Shown: positions 49,619 through 61,048, counted from the whole stretch's first letter. The stretch: 63,392 nt of DNA, filler included, from Olpidium bornovanus S191 (GCA_017911155.1; 31 parts of 31 records of this genome joined end to end with filler, not necessarily neighbours in it), one strand, 5' to 3'. The notes: a model not told the origin generated them from the sequence alone. Translations and numbers: made by a program.

Positions 49619-50408
49619 CATGACGCAGTGAAGTATCCTGTCCCGGGCGCGGGACGCGCGCCTCCCGGAGCGGTGAACGCCGTTGAGACGGAATTTACGC
49701 TCGCCGAATTGGAGAGCGCGAGAAACGTCGTCGATGAGGAGGTCAAGCGGATGGGAGAGTTCAACTCGGAGGGGGCTTACGAGGCAGGCCGTAATGAAGT
49801 CGAGCGCGGGGTCGTGTACGATGTTGAGAGGAAAATTACTTTGCCGTACATCTCCGGCGACTCCGAATCAACCGCGAGGCGCGTCCGGGAGCTGAAGTAC
49901 ATCTATTCGGTTAGTTTGCAAATAGATCATTTCTGCTAATTTTACGCCGAGGTGTACGAGAGAATTCATTGATAAGAGCGCCACCACTTCCCGTTTCTAG
50001 GAACTCCGTGACACAGCCGTTCGCGAGGCGCAGCGGATCGAAAAGCTCGACAAGCGTATCAAGCTGGTCTTGGGCGGCTATGGCGCGCGCTCGCAGACGC
50101 TCTCGAAGCGTCTTGCTGCTGTCTACGACGAACTCGACAAGGCACGTGCGGAGTTCGCCAACTTCTCGGCGCTGCGCGACTGCGAGCGGGAGTGTGGCCC
50201 GCTGCGCCTTGCCGCCCTCCAGGCGGACCTGGAGAGGTTGCGCGTTCGCCAGTGGGAAGTCACTAATCGGTACCACGACCTCGTGGCGCGCAAGGCCGCG
50301 CTCGAGGAGGAGGTGGGAAAGGTTGATGCAGTCGAGACTGACGGTGCGGCAAACCGCGAGCAAGGAGGGGTGAAATTACCGGATGCCCCCATGGATGTTG
50401 ATGGATGA
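49619..50408 (+). CDS. CEF1: Pre-mRNA splicing factor Cef1/CDC5L C-terminus, last 2 exons
   Basis: Exons 49619-49909 and 50001-50408. HDAVKYP, AQRIEKLDKRIKLVLGGYGARSQTL, FSALRDCE...RLAALQADLE...RYHDL. Confidence 0.88.
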
Positions 50409-52208
50409 TAGGCCCACTTTCAGAAGGAAGACTAGATTTTCGAGTGGACACAAACTGGGAATATGACGGCCACCGCGGAACGCTGTGCGACTGGAAAAAG
50501 TGCCATCGCGGGAGTTTGCATGTTTATGTAGGCAGAAACACGGTGCCGGCCGTTTTCATTTGCGTTTAACTGTGGACCCAGAAACGTAATCTGGCGACTC
50601 CGCCTATGGCTGCGTCTTTCTTTGGCGGTATGCGAGATTACGCGAGAATTGAAGGGGCCCCACCCTTTCCCTACCCCGGTGGACGCAGATTGTGCATGGT
50701 ATCAGCGCGCTTTCCTGCAGCTTTGTAGCAGGGTTCACCTGGCCGACGGTTGCGTGTGGGGGGAGGGGAGGGAAATAGGCGGGGATCAGATTTCCGTTTT
50801 CGTTCGTTCTACGGANNNNNNNNNNNNNNNNNNNNNNNNNNNNNNNNNNNNNNNNNNNNTTAATTAATTAANNNNNNNNNNNNNNNNNNNNNNNNNNNNN
50901 NNNNNNNNNNNNNNNGCAAGCGTCGACGCGCTAGCGCGGCCGCGGCACGCCGGGCTTTGCGCAGCGTTTTGGCCTGTTCTCTCGCTGTCATTTGGGCGTA
51001 AGGTGACCGGCAAAAAAAGTAACTGGAATATGCATGTGCCCCCGAGCCGGAACCGGCGGCCGGTTCGTCTTCGGCCCCTGAAGAGTTGAATTTCGGAGGG
51101 CGGCGGCTCGTACGAAATTTGCGCCGGTGCGAAATACTTGGCAATTCCCGCCCCCCGAAACGGGTGCGGAAGAGCGCGCTCCCGGTACCCGCCGCGTCTG
51201 CTCCGAACCTTCCACGCCGTTGACGTTGGCAAATATTCATTCATTCCCACCTTGCCCCCCCCCCCCCACCCCCCTTATTCGGTCGGTCGGAACGTCAAAT
51301 GTGACAGAATTCAAACCGGTGAAAAATTCGTGGCATCATAAACACGAAAATCCTCACCTCGTCTTGTTCGCAGTATGTTGATGGCCTCTGTCACCCACTG
51401 GTTTGGTGGGTTCGGGTTTCTTTGGACAGCTCTTCACTCACCGAGCGTTGACCCCGGCGCTTTCGCGCCGGTTGACTCGCAGCAGTTCGATGGGGTTTAT
51501 GTTTGCGCTTTCAAAAATCCACCCGTAAACCCACGGAGCCGGTCGGCCACATTGAACAAATGCCCTCTTGTGCGGTTCGGACAAGAGCGAAGCGGAGACA
51601 AAATCTGGGGACCGCGGTTTTTTTGCTGCGGCGGGCCGCGGTCTGCGGCCAATCGCCGCCTGGACGGACCTCCTTGGCGCGAGGCCCACCTTTGGGTCGC
51701 CGCAGCTGCTGTTGCTGCTGTGCCGTTTTGCCGCCGAAGGCGCTTCGCGAGGTTTTCTCGCAGCCGCCCTCGAGAAATGCAGTCCGGCCGCTGGGATTTT
51801 GGTCCAGGGCGCTTCGCCCCTGGGGCCGCTTTCCCATGGGCGAGGAGAAATCGGGAGCCGACCGCTCCCGCGAGCACAGCACTTCCGGTTGTCTGCTCGA
51901 CCGAGAGCTTTGCCCGCCCCGCAGCCCGAGCGCGTCGCGTGCTGGACCCAAATCGCCTGGTGTCGGCGTCAAGAAAAATCCACGGGAACCCGCGGTTCCC
52001 CGCACCGCCCGGCGTGTTGTGTTCCAGTTTCAAAACAAACTCCATCCGCTCCGCGCCCGCGTGTGATCAACCGCACCTCCTGTGTCAGGGTTTGGCCGCC
52101 TTTTTCCCCTTCCTCCAAGGCGGGCACAACGCGACAAAAAAAAGGGTGAAAATGACCCAGCTCAGCCGGGGGTTTCAAAAAATCTCCCCCGCCCTGAATC
52201 CTACGCCG

Positions 52209-52255
<47 letters not shown>

Positions 52256-52382
52256 CCCCCCAGAACGGCACCCAGATCCGTTCTTGCGCTTTACACGCGG
52301 TTTTCGCCCGCCCCTTCGGCCGGTTTTGATCTGCCATTACCCGTTACCCGCCGCTTGCCCTCGTCACGCCGCGTCGTTCCAC

Positions 52383-52423
<41 letters not shown>

Positions 52424-52546
52424 CCCCCCCCCCCGCCGTTTGCCCGTGCAAGTCATGTCGAACGCACAAACGGGGGGGTGGGGGATCGAGCGGGATGCGC
52501 GAGAGAAAAAAAAATCGGGCGTTTATCCATAGTGTCCGCACGCGAA

Positions 52547-52680
52547 GGTATATATATAAGTTTAGAAAAAGGACACCTACGCGACGCCAGACCCGTCGCG
52601 TTTTAACCCACTCCCCCCCGGCCAACCAGCGGTCACTTGCGGTCGCGATTCTCGCGCAAAAGGCAAATTTCGGCTGACGT

Positions 52681-52726
<46 letters not shown>
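52547..52726 (+). promoter_or_regulatory. Promoter-like fragment: TATA-like run, CRE palindrome GCTGACGTCAGC (52673-52684), then poly(A)
   Basis: Motifs read directly. The downstream gene is lost at the contig end. Confidence 0.35.
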
Positions 52727-53210
52727 NNNNNNNNNNNNNNNNNNNNNNNNNNNNNNNNNNNNNNNNNNNNTTAATTAATTAANNNNNNNNNNNNNNNNNN
52801 NNNNNNNNNNNNNNNNNNNNNNNNNNACTCCGGGCTCCGTGGACACAGAACGAGCAAAAGCAAAAACAAACGGCCGCCGATGGTCGGCGGAAAGTGGGAG
52901 CAATGGCGGATGATGTGTGTGGAAATCTGGTGAAAAGAAGGGCCGGGGGGGCGGGGGGGGGGGGGGGGGGACCTGGAGGCGAGAGGAGGAGGAGAACGAC
53001 GAGGAGGGGGCGAGGAGGTTATGCGACCGTGCGGGGAGGTCGGGCGCGCGTGTGCGAGAGAGGCGTCCGCCATTCTTTTCCCGCCGGGCGGGTTTTTTTC
53101 TTCCCCGAAAAGGCGCGCCGCTGCGCCACGGGGGAGCCGCCGCCCCCCCTTTTTCTCCCCCCCTTCGCCCCCCCTCCCCCACCCCGCATCCTCCCCGGGC
53201 GTCTCCCGTT

Positions 53211-53259
<49 letters not shown>

Positions 53260-53337
53260 CTGGGCGGGGGGGAGCAGGGGGGGAGGGGCAGTGGCGTGAA
53301 GCGAAAAGGCAATTATTCTGTTGGAAATGCTGCAGCA

Positions 53338-53347
53338 GTCACGTGAC
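53338..53347. promoter_or_regulatory. GTCACGTGAC palindrome
   Basis: About 420 bp upstream of the Gemin6-like ATG. Confidence 0.5.
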
Positions 53348-53766
53348 AACACCTACGCCAGGCTTTGAGAGGTGTTCTAAGCTGCGCAAACAAAGCTGGA
53401 GTAAAGAATTTGCACAAGTTGTCAGCACCATCTTGCTGCTCACGGTGTCGTCGCCGCCACAACATCCCGCCCCCGCCGCAGCCTGCGCTACGCAGCGCTG
53501 CTCCTGCTGCTGCCCCTCGCACCGCAGCTTCGGAATAGCCGCCCGTCGCTTCGGCATTTGCCGCAGCTTCGTGTGCTTCGTTTGCGTTTTTCGCCGTCGC
53601 AGGTCCGCCGCGCCTTGCGGCCGCAGCCGCCGCGTCGACCGCGCCTCGCCGCAGCATCTAACGGCCGCAGCTGGTCGCCACGTCGTTCGCCGTTCGCTGC
53701 TTGCCGCATCCGCGTTTGCTTGTTCGCCGCTAGAACCTCGCCACAATAGCCGGCCGAACCACATAC

Positions 53767-54280
53767 ATGAAGTTCCCTGTTGATTTCGACGACCTCGATG
53801 CCGTCGGCTGCCTCTGTTCGGCTGTAGGCCGCCGCGTGCGCGTTTCCCTCCTGCCGCCGCCCGTCGTCGTCGTTCCGAGGACGGCAAAGATTCCAAGGCT
53901 GGGCGGCCCAGCACCCCAGGCCGACGCCACGGCGGCGGACGCCCTTGAAGGCTGGCTGCTCACGGTCGACCCGATGAATTCCAACGTCGTCCTCGCGAAG
54001 GTGGGCCGGCGTGCGCGTGGGCATGTGAATCCGTGTGGCGCGTGCCAGAATCTCCGGGACCCCTCGCCGTCCGTTCACCTCCTCTGGCGCGTGAGGCTAA
54101 CGAACGCGAGTCGGTTTTGCCCAATCTCTCCACCGGTCCCCCCCTCTTTTATGGACTTTTTCGCCCTCTTTGATGGAATAACCGGCCGGCCGCGCAAGTC
54201 CGTCGACACGAAGAAAGAAGGACCCTCGAAGAGCTGCCGGCTGACCTTGGTACTGGGGTGCAACATCGCCGATATGCAAG
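53767..54280 (+). CDS. Gemin6-like Sm-fold protein, first 2 exons
   Basis: Exons 53767-54000 and probably 54199-54280. VGRRVRVSL...LEGWLLTVDPMNSNVVL and LTLVLGCNIADMQ resemble recalled Gemin6 KEVRVTA...YKGWVLTTDPVSANIVL...VTGIMGHAVQTVE. 3' exons unresolved. Confidence 0.55.
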
Positions 54281-55624
54281 GTGCGCCCCGTCTGAAGAGT
54301 TCTGCAATGCGTTCCGGAGTGGAGGGGAAGTGGAATGGGGACAGTGGAAGAGGGCCGAGGCAGAGGGTCTCACGTCGCATTCCGCAATAGTTCTGGATTC
54401 GGCCACACTAGACCAATCAGTGCTGCGGTCGGTACAAGTGCATTGGACAGGCAGATGCAGAGAGGATGTTATGATCAGAGGATCCGAATCGGCCGCCGCG
54501 CCGGCCGAAGCCGCCTGTTCATAGGACAACCCAGCACCGAGTTTTTTTTTTGCGAATCAAATCAAAATCTCACGTTTGGCTGCCGACATCGAAGGATTTG
54601 ATGTAAGGGTAGAAAAAAAACAGGTCTGGTTGAGTTTTTTTCTTGCCTGGGAAGGGGGGAGGGGATGAGCGGCTTCTTCTGCACTGTGGCTGGTGCCGTT
54701 TATTTTTATTTTCGTTTTATTTGATTTATTGTATTTTATTTTATTTTTGGTGGAGGTGGCTCAGCGAGACACCAAGTTCCCGTGGCGAGCCATAGCTAGA
54801 GATAGACCATCGCCCTTACGGGCTATTGTATTAGCCAGTGAGCTAGAGCCATGCAGTAGCAGGGCGGACCCAGTGGGTCCCTCGGGGCTGTGTTGGCCCT
54901 GGGGCTGTGGCCCCCGGAATTATGTTGGTTTCGGGGATGGTATATGACCTATGGTCTGGGCAGGCCCCCCGGCGCCGCCCAGGTTCCACACACCCCCTCT
55001 CAGCAACCCCAACACATGGTGGAGAATCGGGTTCCATCCTGCTGTCNNNNNNNNNNNNNNNNNNNNNNNNNNNNNNNNNNNNNNNNNNNNTTAATTAATT
55101 AANNNNNNNNNNNNNNNNNNNNNNNNNNNNNNNNNNNNNNNNNNNNTCACTCCATCCCCTGCTAGACTCCTGCGGCAATCCTATCAACTCTGTTCAATCT
55201 TTGACTTTAAGCCTACGTCCATAACGGCGCCGCCAACGGTTTTTTTATTGCATCAATTGCATCATGATGGACAAAATGCTCTGAGAGAACCAGGCTTCGG
55301 TTGCCCAAAGGAAGAAGGCAAATTGTTTTTGCAACACCTTTTAAAAACGATGAGCTGCGGCGTCGAATCGTTGTGGGAGAGAGAGAAAGGAGGGTTTGGG
55401 GTTGGGGGCGGTGGGGGCGGGGGAGGGGGGGGGGGGTAATGTGTTGAGATGCGTGTGGACGATGCGATTGCGCGGGCGTTGCGCGGCGGGAAGGAAGGTG
55501 GATTGCGGGCTCGAGTGCTCCACAATACATTACACCGCTCAAATACTCGTGAAGGGAAGGGTGAAAGGTGACCAGGACATTTGCGGCCTTCCGCCCTTGT
55601 CCACCCCGGGAATTCTTATGCCCC

Positions 55625-55658
<34 letters not shown>

Positions 55659-55940
55659 GTCGCCCCTCCCTCCCGGCCAACCGATCTCGACTGCCCACTC
55701 GGTGCTCTATTTCATCCCCGTAAAGTGAAAAGAGCGGTTGATTTCGATTGATACAAGACAAGACTGTTGTGGTAATGTTACAGTAATACATTTTGAATTC
55801 GGGGAAGAGGGGGATTTTTAAGGTTTGAAGATGATAATGAAAAAATAAAAAGAGTACATTAGAGAGTTCGGGAGTTGGGAGGCGTGATCAAAGAAAAAAC
55901 CAAAATATTGATTTTGGGAGTTTGGGAGGGGCGCGTAATG

Positions 55941-56056
55941 TTTTTGAAGGGGATAATAAAAAAATTCGTGTTCAAAGTTGAGGCTTTTGAAGGTGATAAT
56001 GTTCAAAGTTGAGGTTTTTGAAGGTAATAATAAAAAATTCGTGCTCAAAGTTGAGG
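55941..56056. repeat. AT-rich minisatellite, 3 units of about 31-43 bp
   Basis: TTTTGAAGG..ATAAT..GTTCAAAGTTGAGG repeated. The middle unit is shortened. Confidence 0.8.
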
Positions 56057-56236
56057 GAGAAAGGGTGGGGAAGATTGGGCGGTGATTGGAAAGGAGTGAG
56101 GTGGTGAGGTGGGAGAGGAAAGTTTGGGAGTGGGGAGGTGGGAGGGAGCAAAGGGAGCGGAGGGGAGAATGAGGAGATGGGAGAGGGGAGGGAGTGCGGT
56201 GTGGTGAGGCGGGAGGGAGGGGGGGGGGGAGAGGAA

Positions 56237-56527
56237 CAAACCTTTTCGAGCGGAATCCTACGTGAGGGGAGGCGCTGTCCGGTATCCGACCGGATGGGGG
56301 GAGCGAGCACCGACGCGGCTGCGGAGTCCGGTGGTCCCGGCCAAAAGGCCTCCCCGGGACTGCGGCCCCCGGCCCTTGACCCTGAGGGGCCACTCGCCTC
56401 GGAACCGCGGCCTGCCCGGCAGCGCCGGAGCTTCGGGGCCTAATGCTGTGCGTGCGTTGAAAAATCGGATCGAAAAAAAAAATGTCAGTTCAGATTTTTT
56501 TGCGCCAAAGACCGAAGTAAAAAGTAG

Positions 56528-56566
<39 letters not shown>

Positions 56567-56615
56567 CACAAAAACCGGGGGGGTGTTTGGGGGGGCCGCC
56601 CCCCCCCCGTTTTTT

Positions 56616-56656
<41 letters not shown>

Positions 56657-56951
56657 CTGCTTTCTACTTCGGTCTTTGGCGCAAGAAAAAATAATCTAAA
56701 CTGACATTTTTTTTACGATCCTACTTTTCAACGCACACACAGCATTAGGCCCCGAAGCTCCGGCGCTGCCGGGCAGGCCGCGGTTCCGAGGCGAGTGGCC
56801 CCTCAGGGTCAAGGGCCGGTGGCCGCATTCCCGGGGAGGCCTTTTGGCCGGGACCACCGGACTCCGCAGCCGCGTCGGTGCTCGCTCCCCCCATCCGGTC
56901 GGATACCGGACAGCGCCTCCCCTCACGTAGGATTCCGCTCAAAAAGGTTTG
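56237..56951. repeat. Long inverted repeat: two ~330-bp poly(A)-ended copies arranged tail-to-tail
   Basis: Left arm 56237-56564 (A-run 56533-56564), right arm 56617-56951 (T-run 56617-56651). I count 4 substitutions in the first ~225 nt and several more plus indels in the AT-rich 3' part. Confidence 0.97.
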
Positions 56952-56959
56952 CTACTCTC

Positions 56960-57021
<62 letters not shown>

Positions 57022-57342
57022 CCCCCCCCCCCCCCCCTCCCCCCCCCCCCCCCCCCCCCCCCACCCCACCCCCCCCCCCCCCCCAAGGAAANNNNNNNNN
57101 NNNNNNNNNNNNNNNNNNNNNNNNNNNNNNNNNNNTTAATTAATTAANNNNNNNNNNNNNNNNNNNNNNNNNNNNNNNNNNNNNNNNNNNNCATGCGGTG
57201 TCGCGTCCCGACACACACGCACGCGCACGGCGAACCGGATTTCGCGAGGTATGCCTGCTTCGCTTGGCAGTGCTCGTCGGCACCGACTCCATTAGTAGTA
57301 ACGGCGTTTCCCGGACTTGAAGTCTAAACTTCGCTCCAGCGT

Positions 57343-57362
57343 TCACGTGCAAATCACGTGAT
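57343..57362. promoter_or_regulatory. Two adjacent E-boxes (TCACGTG and ATCACGTGAT) upstream of METTL16
   Basis: About 140 bp upstream of the proposed ATG at 57499. Confidence 0.45.
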
Positions 57363-57498
57363 GCATTTTTTTTTGGAGGTCGTGCCCGCGCACGGAAACG
57401 CCAGAGCGGAACGTCGGCCGGACAAGGGATCCCCGCCGTCCGCAACCAGTCGTTCTACGGCCACCGCCGACGCGCGCGCGGGGGGGAAGCCAGCCCAC

Positions 57499-58435
57499 AT
57501 GCAACCTGGCGACAACTTCACGCTGTCCGCAGGGGCGGTTGCGGGAAACAGATACCTTGAGCGACGGCCTGACTGGGACGCGCTCGCAGAGGAGAACCCG
57601 TCGTTTGCCGCCTGGTGTGCTGAACTTCTCGAGACTTGGGGAAGCGTGGCGCGGCGCGACTCCCGGAAGATTCACCCGCTACCGCGTGTCTGCATTGGTT
57701 TTTTTTTTTTTTTTTTTTTTTGCGTTTTAGCCTGACGAAGGAAAATCGGCGAGGGGAGCGGACGATAGATTTCCAGGATCCAACGGCTTTACGGTACGAA
57801 GGGGGGGGGGGGGCCCGGGGGGTCCTGCAATTCTTGGAGTGCGCCGAAAACGTGGTTCGCGGTTAGTCCTCTTACAACATCCCTTCTCGGACTTGCTATG
57901 CTAGGGAGCTGACAAAAGCATTGTTAAATTCGTGGTTCAAGCTGTCCATTGACATACCGCCGGACACCCTGATTCCGCCGGTTGGTCGCCCGCCTGGGGC
58001 GCCGCAAGAACGCTTCTTCTATAAGTTAACAGCTTGTTGTAACTGTCTCACGCTTCTCCGCCCAGGTCCCAAACCGGTATGCAGTGAGGGGTTCTGTTTC
58101 GCACGTCTTTGTTGGACGCTTCCTTCGTGCGTGTGATGGACGCTTCGGACTGTGTTGTACCGATGGGCTTGTTTCGGCAGATTAGCATACATTGAGTGGA
58201 TAAAGGATCTCGTAGGCGAACGGGAATCTTGCGGCGGGCGTGATGCGCCGAGAGCGCGCATCAGAGGGATCGATGTGTACGTCGAACTCCCCATGTCGGT
58301 ACTTTGAACGGTTGCATGCATTAACCGCCTATTCCCGCCGATAATCCCTTTCCAGTGGAACCGGCGCCTGCTGCATATACCCATTGCTGGGCTGCGCATA
58401 TCACGGGAATGAACACTGGGAATTCATTGCAACCG
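57499..58435 (+). CDS. METTL16: METTL16-family RNA m6A methyltransferase, 6 exons, 3' truncated
   Basis: Exons 57499-57614, 57731-57793, 57905-57980, 58066-58076 (11 nt), 58181-58276 and 58356-58435. NRYLERRPDWDALA, IDFQDPTALRELTKALL, LSIDIPPDTLIPPVPNRLAYIEWIKDL, GIDVGTGACCIYPLLG. Start codon choice uncertain. Confidence 0.95.
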
Positions 58436-58569
58436 GTAAACAGGAAGCAAGTAGCCGAAGACATGCAGCNNNNNNNNNNNNNNNNNNNNNNNNNNNNNNN
58501 NNNNNNNNNNNNNTTAATTAATTAANNNNNNNNNNNNNNNNNNNNNNNNNNNNNNNNNNNNNNNNNNNN

Positions 58570-60000
58570 GCGTCAAATTCTTGGGAGCCGCTAACTAAAC
58601 CTCAATTGCCCTGACTGCATCACCCAATACTTCCGCCGGCACAAAATTCCCATTCCCCGTGCTCTGAACATACGTCCAAATCCCCCCATGCTTGCTCTTC
58701 AAACTTCCCAGTCGCCCACGTTCCAGTTTCCGACACCGACGCCGGCCCTCCCAGAATCTACATCGAGCCTCGCACATACCGTGAAGCCATTAAAGGTCCA
58801 GACGGTGCGCTTTGGGACGCCTCAATGCACAAAGAACTTTCCCTGAAATCTAATGGTGTTCTCAAACTCGTACCTCTTCCTCGCGATGTCCACGCAATAA
58901 CAGGCAAATGGGTCTACAAAATCAAGCTACATCCTGACGGGACTATTGCCTCTTAGAAGAGCCGCTACGTCGCCCGTGGTTTCAAGCAACGGAAGCATAT
59001 TGACTATGAGGAAACCTTTTCCCCAGTCATTTCTTTCTCCGCCCTTCGTTTCGTCCTCGATCTAGCAGCCTTCCATCACTGGCCTCTTAGAGCGCTTGAC
59101 TTCATCACCGCATATCTTAACAGTCCACTTGATCACCCAATCTATCTTTCTCAAATCGAAGATTACAAAGACACTGATCACCCAGACATGGTCTACCTCC
59201 TCCGCAAGGCCCTTTATGGGTTGCGCCAATCCGCCCGGTGCTGGAACACCGACCTCGACACCACCCTCAGACAACATGGCTTCGTTCCCGTTCGCACCGA
59301 ACCCTGTCTCTACGTCCTCCGATCAGCTGACTCCCCACTGCTTGGTTCCTCGCCGCCCGGGGGGGGGTCCGACTCCAAATCAGACCGATGCCGAAACCAA
59401 CGTTTTTCATTCCAAACCACTTGACGCCTTTCATTCCGAATCTTTTAATTTTTCTGATTCCCATCCTGATCTCCCAAATTTGCAACCATTTTCCTCTATA
59501 ACTGCCATGATTTCAACGTGGGTCAACGACATAGTTCTAACCGGCCCTGACTCCACCGTCCACGACGAAATCACACAGGCACTGAACACGCGATTCCCGT
59601 TAACAGACGGTGGAGCCCTGACCCACACACTCGGGGTCCAAGTATCTCCAAGCAAACGATGGCATCTACCTCGTGCAAAGACACTACGCAGAAAAGGTCC
59701 TGGAGAAGTTCAATCACTTAAGCTGCCACGCAGAGGCCATTCCATTAAACCCATCGGCCATCTCGAGTCTCGCTCCACGGGATGATGTTGCTCCAGCCGC
59801 CAAAAAAGCTCAATACAGCAAATTCCTGGGGTCGCTCAACTACCTCAGCATCTGCACACGCCCCGACATCGCTTCGGCCGTCTCTTTCCTCTCACGGTTT
59901 ATGGCCAATCCTTCCCCATCACATTTGGAGCGCACTCAGGCGGGTCTTACGGTACCTCAGAGGGACTGCAGACTATGGCTTTCTACTCCCCGCCAGCAAT
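58570..60000 (+). mobile_element. Decayed Ty1/copia LTR retrotransposon pol (reverse transcriptase region)
   Basis: EPRTYREA, GKWVYKIK, KSRYVARGFKQ...DYEETFSPV, LDFITAYLN, KALYGLRQSARCW, YSKFLGSLNYLSICTRPDIASAVSFLSRFM. In-frame stop and frameshifts present. The catalytic YVDD reads WVND. Confidence 0.96.
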
Positions 60001-60469
60001 AATAGTTGTGCGCGGTGTTGGGAGACTGTTAACTCCGACGGGGTTGTGGCAGGCTGGGACGGGCAGCAATGGGCTGTTTTACGCGTGCGGATTGCCGTAG
60101 ATACGGGTGGCCGCGGGACAGCGGAGTCTTCTTCTTGCTGTTATCGCGGCTCTCTTCGACGAGGGCTTCGGCGCGCTCCCCTCGCTCCCCAATACCGTCC
60201 TCCAACCCCAGGAGCAGCCAACCGCCCGCTCGGAGGGGCGTTGCAGTCGCAGGCGGTCGGAGCTAGTCGGCTTAAAGCCCCACAGGAGGCTGCAAGCGCC
60301 TTCGAAGGGTGCTACGTTGCTTTTATATTTTGTTGTTTTGTTCTGTTCGGTTGGTCGTGTGTATGGGGGGGAAACAAGAGGGGAGGGAGCCTCCTTATGG
60401 GCCAAGTGCATAATTCCCCGGGGCATTATTTGCCCGACAGCCGCCCCCTCGCGGCATTCCCCACCTGCT

Positions 60470-60483
60470 GAGGGGGGGGTATG
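60470..60483 (+). other. Possible polypurine tract and LTR start of the copia element
   Basis: GAGGGGGGGG followed within 2 nt by TG, downstream of pol. No second LTR is available to confirm. Confidence 0.25.
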
Positions 60484-61048
60484 CTGCGAAACTAAACCGA
60501 AAGCAAGGGCAAGGAAGAAGAAAAACAAGGGAAGGAGGCACAACGGTACTAGCAAAGGGAGATCACGTAGTATGCAAATGTGCGAGTGGGCAAAGTAAAC
60601 GAGGGCGGATGAACCAGCCCTGGCGGCCCGGAAAACGTAGCCCTTGAACGCGTCCCCGACGGGCTTTCCCTGGGCCCCTTTCCTGAAGCATGCGCGTGTC
60701 GTAGAGGATGCAGACCATCACACCGCCATTGGCTCGAAGCCCCGCTGGTTGCCGCGCCCAGTTCGCAACATGTCGCCCTATCCCTGCCCTCCNNNNNNNN
60801 NNNNNNNNNNNNNNNNNNNNNNNNNNNNNNNNNNNNTTAATTAATTAANNNNNNNNNNNNNNNNNNNNNNNNNNNNNNNNNNNNNNNNNNNNCTTTGGAA
60901 GAACTTCAATAATTCCGTTGAGTTTCTTTTTATACGTCAGTTATTCGTTTTTTATTAAGTAGTGTTGGTATCTGAATATACATTGATCCACTGTCACGGG
61001 TTAGACCCACATGTTCTGTTGGGCGGGTGCGGTTTCCACGCCTTCCGG

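Noticed and set aside
54840-54885. GGACCCA-g-TGGGTCC hairpin near CTAG as a Helitron 3' end
   Set aside because: Spacing to CTAG (about 19 nt) is atypical and there is no second copy or Rep/helicase evidence.
55213-55791. Possible multi-exon gene on the minus strand (LYGDEIEHR / VTFHPSLHEYLS / HFVHHDAIDAI)
   Set aside because: Splice sites are ambiguous and no family was recognised, so it is not reported as a feature.
56810-56850. GGCCTTTTGGC resembling U2 snRNA stem I
   Set aside because: The adjacent branch-point recognition sequence GTAGTA and the Sm site are absent.
56262-56926. Duplicated 76-90 aa ORFs as a protein-coding gene pair
   Set aside because: They start at GTG, run into poly(A) and are a by-product of the GC-rich inverted repeat. 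There is no evidence of coding constraint.
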